A DNA stretch of 61,637 nucleotides, counting the filler, from Rhabdomonas costata (taxonomy: Eukaryota): assembly GCA_019059605.1 (NCBI GenBank). It is 23 parts of 23 records of this genome, joined end to end, with 100 filler letters (N's around TTAATTAATTAA, not from the genome) between each part and the next. Parts side by side here need not be neighbours in the genome. Positions count along the whole stretch, not along the records: positions 45,647 to 48,231 come from JAHMHO010002753.1; positions 48,332 to 50,912 come from JAHMHO010002754.1; positions 51,013 to 53,594 come from JAHMHO010002755.1; positions 53,695 to 56,275 come from JAHMHO010002756.1; positions 56,376 to 58,956 come from JAHMHO010002757.1; positions 59,057 to 61,637 come from JAHMHO010002758.1; 17 more parts are not named here. One strand, written 5' to 3'. The stretch's first letter is position 1, and the number at the start of each line of letters is the position of its first letter. This document shows, one piece after another, positions 48,087 through 59,376 of the stretch. The position numbers and the translations under genes were made by a program. The notes beneath the pieces were generated by a model that made no database searches, had not been told where the DNA came from, and saw nothing but the letters and a program-made list of their open reading frames with translations.

Positions 48087-48689
48087 ACATACACCAATTC
48101 CAGCAAAAGAATTTCATATCCGGTAGTTGCAAAGCCGGGACAGAATTACACCTCAAGAACTTTAGTGAATGTAACAACCTTCTTCATTTTTGGAACACAA
48201 TGGCGCTCACTGTAGGCACTTCCCCACCACCNNNNNNNNNNNNNNNNNNNNNNNNNNNNNNNNNNNNNNNNNNNNTTAATTAATTAANNNNNNNNNNNNN
48301 NNNNNNNNNNNNNNNNNNNNNNNNNNNNNNNGTGGGGGGTGCAGGGGATAGAGGTCGTGGTCTCGCAGCGCGAGAGCTGTGGCCGTGGCCGGCACACCAC
48401 TTGCATTAGCTCCTGCGGAATACGCGAAAGATGCAGAATGAGAAAGGGGTCGATACAGTTACCCAGCAGCTGTTTTCATACCGTATATGTGTTATCCACT
48501 CAAGAGGAGGGGAAGGGGGGTGCAAGATAGGGCAGCTGCAAAGTATTCTTCCCATAGCCTTCCCACTACAATGGTGTCCACCAATCCATTGCCAAGTTTG
48601 CACAAGGATTAAATACGAGAGACGAAGTCGCTGAGATCCAACAAACGATGCGTCATAAGGCTTGCACATACACACACATACACACATAC

Positions 48690-49620
48690 ACACAGGGCGG
48701 CCGCGTATACCGAGATTCCGACGGTCTTCACCGTGAAGCGAAAGAGGGGGCGCAGCTGCAGGTGCTGCCTCAGCTCAGCCCGAACGGTGCTGAGCCTGTA
48801 CTCAATGGTGCCCACCAGAACCACGGAATCGCTGGACCGCAAACCTTGCATTGACCTGCGGCGCCCCAGCCAACCCTACAACCAACATCCACCGCACAAA
48901 CTTGCACTCACTCAGGAGCACAGGAACATGCACTGAAGGCATTGTTTCTCCATGCAGCGCATTCCTCAGCTTCACTCCACCACATATCGTCCACACTCCA
49001 CTGAACAAAGAGACCGCTGAGACAACCCGTAAGATGATCCCAAACAAAAATTGGTGGTAGGAAGCGGTGAAGCGAAGAGTGAGACGCCAACCGACCTCTC
49101 TGAAACTATCATGTCACCCCCCTTGGCCTGCCGCAGGTGATCTTGCACCCGCTCCAATTCCTGTCTGAGGGCAAGCAGGCTGAAGAACCATCCGTGGAAC
49201 TTCGACCGGAACTGCCTCCTGCAACAGGGGGGGGGGGGCGAGGCGGGCAGAGAGCCAGACCCAGACGCTAAAGGGACACTCTCCATTTCCTCTCCCGGGA
49301 CAACAACCATAAGCACATTAAATATCAATTATGCCTTCTGGCGACCAGCGGCTGCAATTCACCCCAAGATCTACATTGTTTACCCAATACGGCGGCAAGG
49401 CACACCACCGCGCACCAATGAGATACAACCCCACCACTCTACAACGGAGATCTGGAGAGAAGGAGTAGGGTGGGGTGAAGTGTGTAGGCGGGAGAGTGGG
49501 AGGGGGGACACCTCTTCTCCCAGTACAGCTCCAGCACAGCGGCTCGCATGGCCTCTTCAGAGTTGTGCAGCCGGGTATAGGACTGCAGCCGGGACTTGAA
49601 CGCCCGTGGGCACAGCCTAA
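48690..49620 (-). CDS. Candidate exons of a hypothetical protein
   Basis: GC3-rich AG/GT-bounded blocks read LCPRAFKSRLQSY...LELYWEK, RQFRSKFHGWFFSLLALRQELERVQ and SMQGLRSSDSVVLVGTIEYRL. No domain recognised. Confidence 0.35.
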
Positions 49621-50756
49621 ACGTCAGGACGAAAACAGAAATGCGTCTCAAATTCACAAGAGGGAGCAGAGAAGAGCTCAATTCATCACCAGAAAGGAAA
49701 AGAGCAAAATAGCACGGGTCAGGTGGGGGGGGAAGAGTGAAGAGGGGGCTAACACCAACTGTCTCGGTAAAGCTCCGACTGCAGGGCTTTCTTCTGGCTG
49801 GAGTGGACCGTAGCCCATCGCTCGAAGATCTACAACGATACGCGCCAAAGCGGAGGAAAAAAACAGGTTTCCAGAAATTGCCACGCCTGCGGCAATGCTG
49901 ATTGAGTCACAGAAGGCGGGGTTCGATGGCACCCACCAAAAACAACGCACGTCACTCAAAAACGCAACCTCTACCAATTACGGGAGAGGATACGTACCTA
50001 TCTAGGGGCAGCACACTTGAGGGACACGGGGCGCTCCACACGCCTAGACAGGCGCGGGGATAGGCGTTAGTCTGAGCGAGGGTGTAGTTGTTATTAGATG
50101 GGACTCAATCCCACCGAAAATATTGCACTCGAATCGAGTTCAGGACAGGCCTACCAGAAGACCAAGGGTCAACCTCACACACAATCTGCGTGCACGAGGT
50201 GCAGGCTCACATACAGACACATGAAAGCGGCTGGAATTAGCACATCCAGGGCGGGCAAGGGGGGAGGGGGAGGGACAGAGATGTGTTGCGAGGATCTCAG
50301 ACCTGCCGGAAGGTTTCCTCACGAGCTGTGAGAACTTCCCGGAACCACGCCTGGATCCTTCGAACTTGTGCAAGTAAAAGCCCAACCCGCATCCGCATGT
50401 ACGCCGGACACCGCGGAATCTTCGGCAGAGAGGGAGAGAGGGAGGGAGAGAGGGAGGGAGGGAGAAAAAGCTGAGCCACCCTTATTACACTCCCAAAAAA
50501 CAGGGAAGAAAATCTTAATCCCGGAAAGCACTCACCGGTCCCACAGCTCCCATACTACTACCACCACCACCATTCTGTCAACGACCAACTTCCACTGGTC
50601 TGCTGCCTGCTCAACTACCGCCTCTTTCCCCAGCTACCACAATACACAAGACGAACGATCACTCGCAACTACAGCGGAAACGGTCCCTTGGAGCCTTATT
50701 CAATCCGAGGCCCGTTGTTGCCACAGAACGCATACACAGCGAATATAGGTCCGCAT

Positions 50757-50895
50757 TAATCGTATAACGCCGTTATACCGGATAACGGTGTTGAACGAAG
50801 AAGGACGAAACTACATCACAAGGCCCAGACCCACCTAGACACCAGTGTACATGCTTCGGTTTGACGTGCATCGCCACGTAGTATTGAAATCTACC
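50757..50895 (+). repeat. Dispersed repeat family B, copy 2
   Basis: Aligns by eye to 14713-14870, with an internal indel. Confidence 0.85.
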
Positions 50896-51211
50896 GGAGG
50901 CAACCCCCCACCNNNNNNNNNNNNNNNNNNNNNNNNNNNNNNNNNNNNNNNNNNNNTTAATTAATTAANNNNNNNNNNNNNNNNNNNNNNNNNNNNNNNN
51001 NNNNNNNNNNNNCCAGCACCGGCACGAGCACGAGCACCATGACCCACCCCATGGATGTGGATGGCGTCGTGGATGGGTGCTGGCTGATGGTTTCGTTGTT
51101 CTTGCTCTTCTTCTTCTTCTTCTTCTTCTTCTTTGCTATGCTATTTTTTTTTCGACTTTTTCCTGCATCGATTTTTAAGGGAATGTGTAGATTTTTGCCT
51201 TCTTTATATAG

Positions 51212-53506
51212 AAACATTCAAGGACATGAGTGAGGAGGAACTGAAGGAGTTCTGTACATTGGTCTACTACCCAGAGGTGCGCGACGTGTGTGTGTGTACT
51301 TTCCACGATGGAGTACTGGGCAAAAAAATACCGTTTGCCAACTCCATCATTGAAGGGAATGCAGTCGCACGTTGTGCTTTCGTGTTCTTCTCCCCCGCTG
51401 GTGAGTCAGGGTAGTATCACTGCCCCAAAAACCTTGGCCAAGGACGCGGGAGTGTTGATGAAATCACACAGCACCTCCGGAGGAGCTCATGCCTTTCCCA
51501 AACCGGGTGTATCGGTTGAGTAACGGGCCTGTATGCAGGAGAAGCTCCCGCTTCTGCTGGAGAAGTCCCACGACAGGAAGGCCCTGTTGGGGAGGCTGCT
51601 CAGCCAGGTTGTCATGCTGTGCCGTGTGTTCAGCCGGAAGTACACCCGCTCCTACGTTCGCAAGGCCATGCCTCCGACCTTCGCCCACGCCATTGAGGAG
51701 CTCCTGGTGTGCCTTAGGGGTTGGCGCTGAGTGATAAGTGACCCCCTGCAGCTGCAGTACATCCGTTGAAGCGTTCTTGGTTGGTGTGCGAGGTTGCGTC
51801 CTGCATGCAGAGTGCAATGTGCGGTTTGTGGCCCGCGTCTCCGAATTCTATGGGCGGGGGGCACAGCAAGAGCTTCCTTCTGACACCACGGCCTCGGCCA
51901 ACAACTACGACCGGGCACAGTACATCTCCACGATTATCAGCACCATTGTCAGCGTGGGTGAGGCCGAAGACTTTATCTGCGCCGTGGCCCACCTGTGCCA
52001 GCGCCTCGCGGTGGCCAAGGTGCACGTCATTGGGGACATCTGGGACCGAGGCCCAGGCGCAGAGATCATCCTGGATACCCTGTGCAAGTGAGTACACCCC
52101 CTCACCCCCTTAAACCTCCTCCTGATCTCTAATCTAATTCCATTCAAACTACACCCCTGTAGCAAAGAGCAAAGGTGGCCCGCTTCCCACCGTTATCAAG
52201 GAGGCAATTAACCTTGGACCCTAAAAACCACCTTTGACGATGAATGGAAAGCCCCATTTCACCTAAGATAGGGCACGGTTCTTCAGGTGCCTTCACATTT
52301 TTGTGACGCCCATCGCACTAAGCGTGTCCATGCTAACAAGCGATTCTGCTTTCTTTCCTTTGTGTGCAGGTACCACGCGGTGGATATTCAGTGGGGAAAC
52401 CACGACATCGGTTCGCCCCAACCCCCTCGCCTTCCTCTTCCCCATTGTTCTGCTTCCCAGTGCTTTCGTTGCGGCTGCCCACAATGTGAAGATCATGGCC
52501 TAAAAGATTTTTTCTAAGCAGCGCTTTTTCTCGGATCCCTTTTGCAATTTGTAGGTTTTGGGCACGTGTTGTATTCAAAGCTAGCCCATGGTGTGTATTG
52601 AAAATGGTAATTCAGGGAAGGATTTAACGTATTGCAGACCATAAACGGCTTGCAGTTTCATCAACGTTTCCCGGAAATAACATGACGCAATGTCCTCCTG
52701 TCGTCTTGGTGTGTGTATTGCTGCGTTGGATATGACGGACGTCCTCCGCATCGAAACATTAAAATTATAGTGTGGATGGGTGCCGCGGCGGGCTCGGACG
52801 TGTGCATCGCGAACAACATCCGGGTGGCACTGCGGTACTCTAACATGAAGACCCTTGAGGAGGGCTACGCCATCAGTATGCTGCCCCTGGTCTCCTTCGC
52901 CGAGGAGACCTACAAGGTGTCGGAGTGTGTTTTTGCTTTACTCGCGCGCCTTCCAGGAACATAAAGCAATTTCTGTTCGGCAGGCCGCTCTGGCTGTAAT
53001 ACGAATGCCGCTTTGGATTTGGCCTGTGTCTGTCCTCCGTACACTTGCACTGGTTCAGTCATCTGCCTCTTTTCTGCGACAGGCGGACCCATGCACCAAC
53101 TTTATCCCGAAAGCCTCTGCCGATGAGCCTTGCACGGCGAAGGAGCGGGAGCTGATCGGGAAGATGCACAAGGCCATATCGATCATTCAGACCAAGGTGC
53201 GGTCAGGCTCCTATGGGCGTGCTTCTCCGAGCTGCTACAACGAAAGTCATTGCATTTTCATTGCACCGGAAAATATAGGCAAGCGCTCCCTTTTTTTTGG
53301 TGTGCTTAGCTCGAGGCTGAGGTGATTCACCGGCACCCGGAGTGGAAGATGGACGACCGCCTGGTTCTGCAGATGATTGACTTCACGAACTACACCATCA
53401 AACTACCTGACGGGAAGGTCTACGAGCTGAACGACAAGAACTTCCCCACGGTGGACCCCGCGAACCCAAACAAGCTGAGTCCCGGAGAGCAAATCGTCGT
53501 GGAGCG
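51212..53506 (+). CDS. fbp: Class III (Firmicutes-type) fructose-1,6-bisphosphatase, seven internal exons
   Basis: Exons at 51212-51276, 51539-51706, 51867-52087, 52370-52410, 52771-52916, 53083-53196 and 53310-53506, all phase-consistent GT-AG. Motifs: TLVYYPEEKL, KYTRSYVRKAMP, HVIGDIWDRGP, VDIQWGNHDIVWMGAAAG, TLEEGYAI, KMHKAISIIQTKLE, FPTVDPANP. Confidence 0.93.
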
Positions 53507-54433
53507 GTACGCCAAGGATTCGGATATAAAGTGAGAGAAAAAGGAGCGCATGTAGCTCTTTTTCATCCCAACCCCAACCACACACACCCAACACNNNNNN
53601 NNNNNNNNNNNNNNNNNNNNNNNNNNNNNNNNNNNNNNTTAATTAATTAANNNNNNNNNNNNNNNNNNNNNNNNNNNNNNNNNNNNNNNNNNNNTGTTGT
53701 TTTTCTTTAAGGCAATGAAAAGGATCTCCCCGCAGCCTTAAAGAAAGACAACAGCAGACTAAGGGTGCACAGATACTGAACTGAAAAAAAGCTATAAAAA
53801 GCACAGCAGACGGCCCGAAATGGCCCGAAAATGGGAGTCCATGGGCCACTATTTTATTCAAATCATTTTTGGCACTGACAAAATGTCCAAAATGTCCAAA
53901 AGTTTGTTCAACTGACTGGGCAAGAATGCGAGGGGGAAACCAAAGTTAAATAAAGAGCGGGAAAGGGGAGAGAAAGGGAGGAGAAAAAACAACCAAGACA
54001 ATGAATTCGCGGGGTATGCAAAAGAGGTGGGCCTCAGTGAGCTTGATCCACTTCAATTTTGTCTGGTGTCTGGTGTAGATTGGCATTACTGTATCACGTT
54101 GGAAGTTTGCACTGTCCGCTTAACTACTTACTTAGGTGCAGGTTTCTCGTGACCTGCCGTGCTCCGTCATCCAGTTTTATCTGCATTTTCCTGCGTGCTT
54201 TTGATTGGTTGCTTTTTCCTTGCCCCTTCTGCCTTCCACCTGACACACCCTTTGCTTCGGACCTACACAAAAACCTACTACTCTCAAAATGAAACGGGCC
54301 AATGATGGCACGGCATGGAGGTGTTACGGTCGCACCTCGCAGAGGTGGAAAAAAAAACGCAAATGCACAGGCCTGAGCGCTTTGGAGCCGCAGCAGAGCG
54401 GCATCTCCGGCCTCACGTCTACGGCCAAGGCAT

Positions 54434-55805
54434 CTACGGGGCGAGGCCCTGGCCCAGCCCCTTGAGCAGCTCGGTCAGCTCGCGCTGCTCCTGCTCCACC
54501 GCGGCCAGGCGGAGCTGCACGGCCTGCAGCAGCGCAGGGACCCGCGCGGAGTTCCCCGCGGCGATCCACTGCGCCACACTGTCTACGCTCAAGAACTCGG
54601 AGGACACGATGTCATCGGGAGGTGGCACAGCGGCTCCGCAGCAGAACTGCTGAACCTGAAGAGGAAGCAAGCGAAGAAAAGGACACATCCCACTTTATCT
54701 GAATAGAGTTTTCTTTCACTGTTAAAAGCTTCGATTCCAACCCACCAGCAAATCCTTCTACTAAAATCCCAGGAGACCCCTGCATCACCTCCTAATCCAC
54801 AGCACTCTCAGAAAGGGGCCCAAAAGGGGGCACAAATGGTTAGGGGGTATAATTGCATTGGCACCCTGAACTCATACTGCTGTTCAGCACCGCCTGAAAA
54901 TCCCGACTTGCGCTCATTTCCCGTTTCTTTTTTTCACTCTGTCTGCACATATAACACACAAAGCCTCACCTACAATGAGTCCAACATTGGAGGAGGACTC
55001 AGAGAAAACAGCGGCCGCCGCGGTCGCCGAGGTAATCGTCGTCGTCGAAGAAGAGTTGGTGGTGGCATTGGTGGAATTTGTGATAGGTCCGAAGGAGCAC
55101 TGGTACGCCACGGAGAGGTTACCCCCAGATACAACGGTGGTACAGGTGCAGCCCAAGGGGCAGCCCGATCCCGGAGCGGGCGGTGTGCCGGAAATTGATC
55201 CACACTCCAGCACAGGAATGGCGAGGCTGCTGCAAACACCCACAAGCAAACACTGTGCCACGACAGATCAGGAATTCAGGGTTGGGAAAATTCAGCACTG
55301 AAAGAGCGAATAATGGCGCGCGTTCATGGTCGTAAGAAGGAACTGAAGCAAACGGAAAGAAAGGCAACCCAAAAAGACAGCGTAACACATGAGTTCCGCC
55401 AACCAGCGTACAGAACATCATTTGGAGCGGAGTATCAAACAAAACCGTGGGTATTTTCTAAAACACTGAGAAAAATTCATGTGCCTATGTAGGTGCGCAA
55501 TGAAAAGTCTTTCCTTTTGAAAAGTGAAGTCTTGTTTGCGTTTGGCATGTCTGCTGGTGGCGGTTGCCAGCGGGCGCCAACCTGGAGACCGCGGTGTCGA
55601 ACGTGAGGACGTTGCTGCCCAGGAAGACGCAGTTGTCCGCGAAAGGGGGCCTGGAGCCTGCGCTGGCAACTTCAGAGATCATCAGGGTGCTGCTCCGGTC
55701 CATCTGCAGCACCGAGGAGCCTCCCACAGAGGCCCGGGAGAGCACCAGTGGCCCTCCCCCCGCCCCGCAGCCCAGCCTAAGGCTGAGAATACCGTCCGCA
55801 GGAAC
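54434..55805 (-). CDS. 3' exons of a putative cell-surface protein (Cys-rich region, Thr/Ser stalk, coiled-coil tail)
   Basis: GCPLGCTCTT...TNSTNATTNSSSTTTITSATAAAA...NVGLIV, with a last exon LLQAVQLRLAAVEQEQRELTELL followed by a stop. The transmembrane exon was not resolved. Confidence 0.4.
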
Positions 55806-57495
55806 CTGAGGGAGAAGGCAGGCAAAGGGCGTGCTGACCCGCTGAAACGGAGAGGAACCCCGGATAGCTTGACCACAGTCGTGCAGAAGGAAGTAAGAAG
55901 GATGCTTAGAAAGGGGGGGGGGGGTTCAAGAACCGCATCCTGGTGGTATTTCGGCTTTCGGTGTTTCACCCCCTCCCCCCATTACTCGCACAAGATTACC
56001 CACCAACCTTTACCCAGAGCACTTGGTATTGTGTGTCTGCTGCTTTGATGCCTTGATCAGCTGGGCTAAGCGGAAGCAGGCCTGGTCTTTTGTATATACA
56101 ACAGACCTCCCGAAACGCTGCGTGGCCGGTCCTTGGGGTCAGGAGAGTCCCGACCTTTCACCCTCGGCCGGTTATGGTGCCCCTTGGCGGCTCTCTGGTA
56201 TCCCTTTTGTGCCGCTTCTTGCCCCACGCAGCGGAGGGTTTACGACAGCACCCACAACGTATTTACATAAAACAANNNNNNNNNNNNNNNNNNNNNNNNN
56301 NNNNNNNNNNNNNNNNNNNTTAATTAATTAANNNNNNNNNNNNNNNNNNNNNNNNNNNNNNNNNNNNNNNNNNNNCCAGCAACGTCACGGGTCCAGTATT
56401 TTGTGGGCCGATATTGGAAATGTTTCGTCCTGGGGTGGTCGGGATGAGTTGCCTCCACCAGTGAATTCAAACAGAAAGGCGGTTGTCATAGATGAGGAAG
56501 TGTGTGCGTGCGCGGGAGGGGGGGAGCCGAGGAGACCACCAGCACGACACTTTCAGTCCGCACTGGAGCTGGAGGTGTTTCTCCACCTCACCTTGCATTT
56601 ACCTATACAGACTGCGTTCAAGTACAAAGAAGAAGGAGACTGCACCTAACCTGTACATCGTGACCAAGTTGGACAAGCTGCTCGTACGTGTAAACCAGTC
56701 TTGCAGGCATCCAACAGCTCAGGAAATGAAAAACAAGTGCATACTTCAGAAAAAAGAATGGAAATGTAAAAAACGGATATGCTGCTGAAAACGTAAGCAG
56801 AAGGAGAAAGCACAACTTGGCCTACTTCTGGAACATGGCAAAGGCTCTCTACGAGCTGAAACCGAAGGGCTCCCGAGCTCTTTTCGCTTCCTCCGAATCT
56901 CGAATGGCTACAGACTGATTATTCCCACCACCGCTTTCCCCTCTCGCACCAAATTTCCCCGCGTCCTGAGGACCGGCAAATATACAAACTGATCGAAAGC
57001 TATGTCATTTTCATTCTAGTAGTTCTATTCTATGTAAAAGTGACAAAGTGCAGTATGAAGAACCCTGATTCCAACGATACCGAGGCACGTCTTTTCAAGC
57101 CCCTTTTAACGCAACTAAATGCACTGATAGCCTTCAACCTTTTCGCCTTTCGGCCAAGGGACAGGCTACATCTCACCAGAGCTGGACAAGCTGTGCGTCT
57201 TCACAGGATGGGACTGTGGCAACGGCAGCCGGTCAACAACTGCATCCCCTTTTGTCCAGAAGCGCAGAAAACAGGAAAAGCTCTGTGAAAGCTTGCCTCC
57301 TCCCCAATCCGTCAAGTTTCCATATGGGCCCACAAGAAATGCAAACACCTTCTAATAGTACACGCTCTACAATTTACAAACCGCAGAAACTGAACAAAAA
57401 ACTTATTTCCACCTGATCCGTGCGCACAAAAGTGCGAACAACAGCTAAAAAGCAGAGCACGGCTTCCGCAGGAAATCTCCAAAAGAAAAAATTAC

Positions 57496-58505
57496 CGGTG
57501 AGTGTGTGGCGCCGGAGCGAACGTGTTCACGCCAGGGTCGTAGTCTCCTGGACCTATGACCAGGAAAAGCTCTTCGAAACCGGTCTTAGCAAGAACATCC
57601 GGGTCCTCAAGCCAGAGGAAAAATCTCCCAATCAACAGACGCTGACGCAGATCAACGTTACCCCCATCGAACATATTTCCGGACTGCATTGACAGGAAGG
57701 ATCTGGAAAACAGTCTGGGCTTCAATACAAGACCTCTTCAACGGCATGGATCCAAACATAGCAGTCTCTCATGCACTACGGCTAAATAAAAAGACACCGC
57801 CAAAGCACAACCTGGTGTTGACCCCCGCTTGGGGGGTGCTGGCTTGCCCTTAAGGGAGATCCGAGGGCCGCCCCAGGGGAGCTTCGGGTCGTAGTTACCA
57901 GGACCAGGAGTCTCCAGGCTCTGCAAGTCCTACGAAAAAGCCACTGGAATGGTCCAGTCTCAGCCGCAAAAATACCTCTCCTACAAATCTGCTCCCAATT
58001 CCAACTAGAAGTGGAAAGGTGACAGTCAGCGAATGCTGGCTGTGCGGACGCAGCAACGGTGCGGGCAGATCAAGCCCCAAGATCCAAGATGGGTGGTCCC
58101 GCGCGAGAAAGCAGGCACGATTATGAAGACCTTTGCGTCGGCCTTCCCCACGAAGGGCGAAATCAGGGAGAACAGGTGTATGTGTGTGCGGCTCATTGTG
58201 GCATATGGTGGGTTCAGCAGCATAAAGAGACTCTAACATAGTTGGACATAAACACATCTGCCTGCCGCTTACGGTGGGACTACTTCTGCATGCAGTCGAA
58301 AGAGACACTGGTCTCACGGATAGGTCCCCTCCGTATATGTGAGAGCTTAACTTAAGAAAAGATCGCTGGAAAGCCTGCGCCGATACCTTCTTTGGCGGCC
58401 CACCTTTGCCACCCCCAGTTTCCGAGCGGGACCGCTGGGCGGACGATCCAAAGCTGAAGGCCGGGCCCTTTTTCACGGTGACCTTGGGCTCGTACTGACC
58501 GGGCC
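57496..58505 (-). CDS. SHIPPO/ODF3 (STPG, PGPGxY) repeat protein, internal exons; likely axonemal
   Basis: Phase-consistent GT-AG exons 58505-58387 (GPGQYEPK...GPAFSFG), 57920-57812 (TPGPGNYDP...GPRISLKGK) and 57553-57496 (GPGDYDP). Confidence 0.8.
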
Positions 58506-58774
58506 CTGGGGGGGGACATCCGCGGCCAAACCCTCGGACTCAAATTTCACATTTCAACCAAACCAGCGCCATGCAGTGCGCAGCACACGCACAACTACTT
58601 CTCACCACCACCACTACAATAGGTTTGCACTCTCTTCACAGGACAGGGGGCGCACAGAGCAAATGTGCCTTGAGTTGATCCTTTTGTAAATGCCCAGCAG
58701 GACGACCTCGTGCCAGAAGTTCAAATCGCGGGCAAGAAAAAACAATGACGTAAATGCACCCTGCTTTTGCGGAA

Positions 58775-58954
58775 GTTGGAGAAAACCAAATCATCACCCC
58801 CCCTCACCCTTAAAACTCAAAAAATAATCTGCACGGAACCCTGGAATGTCAGTTTGTCACAGTCATGTGTCGCAAAAGAAAATTCCATGGTTCCGTGCAG
58901 ATTATTTTTTGAGTTTTAAGGGTGAGGGGAGGTGATGATTTGGTTTTCTCCAAC
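58775..58954. repeat. 73-bp inverted repeat (2 mismatches) with a 34-nt loop
   Basis: 58775-58847 versus 58882-58954, at the contig end. Confidence 0.93.
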
Positions 58955-59376
58955 ACNNNNNNNNNNNNNNNNNNNNNNNNNNNNNNNNNNNNNNNNNNNN
59001 TTAATTAATTAANNNNNNNNNNNNNNNNNNNNNNNNNNNNNNNNNNNNNNNNNNNNTGTTGGGGGGCGTATAAACGCCCGTTCAGTGAACTCCGCAAAAA
59101 GCTGAGTCGAAAAGAGTACTTTCACACTTTTTCTCAGCGCTCCGGTGAGACCACCTCACCCTGGTCTCAGCTCAGATCACACTCAGCTCCCTCTTCGCGG
59201 TGCCCAGGTGACAAGTGCTCACTTTTGTGAGAAACGGCAGAGAACACAAGGTTTGCTCTGCCGCCGCCGACCTCTCCCCTTCCCATGAATTTTCGACTTC
59301 AGACGAATGTAGAATTATGCGAAGTTCCCGTTCGTCGACCCATTTGATGTGTTTTCTCTCCCCCAGGCAGATACCC

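Noticed and set aside
43237-53506. mgtA and fbp as a bacterial island, operon or contaminant
   Set aside because: They are on separate contigs joined artificially, and both are interrupted by spliceosomal introns.
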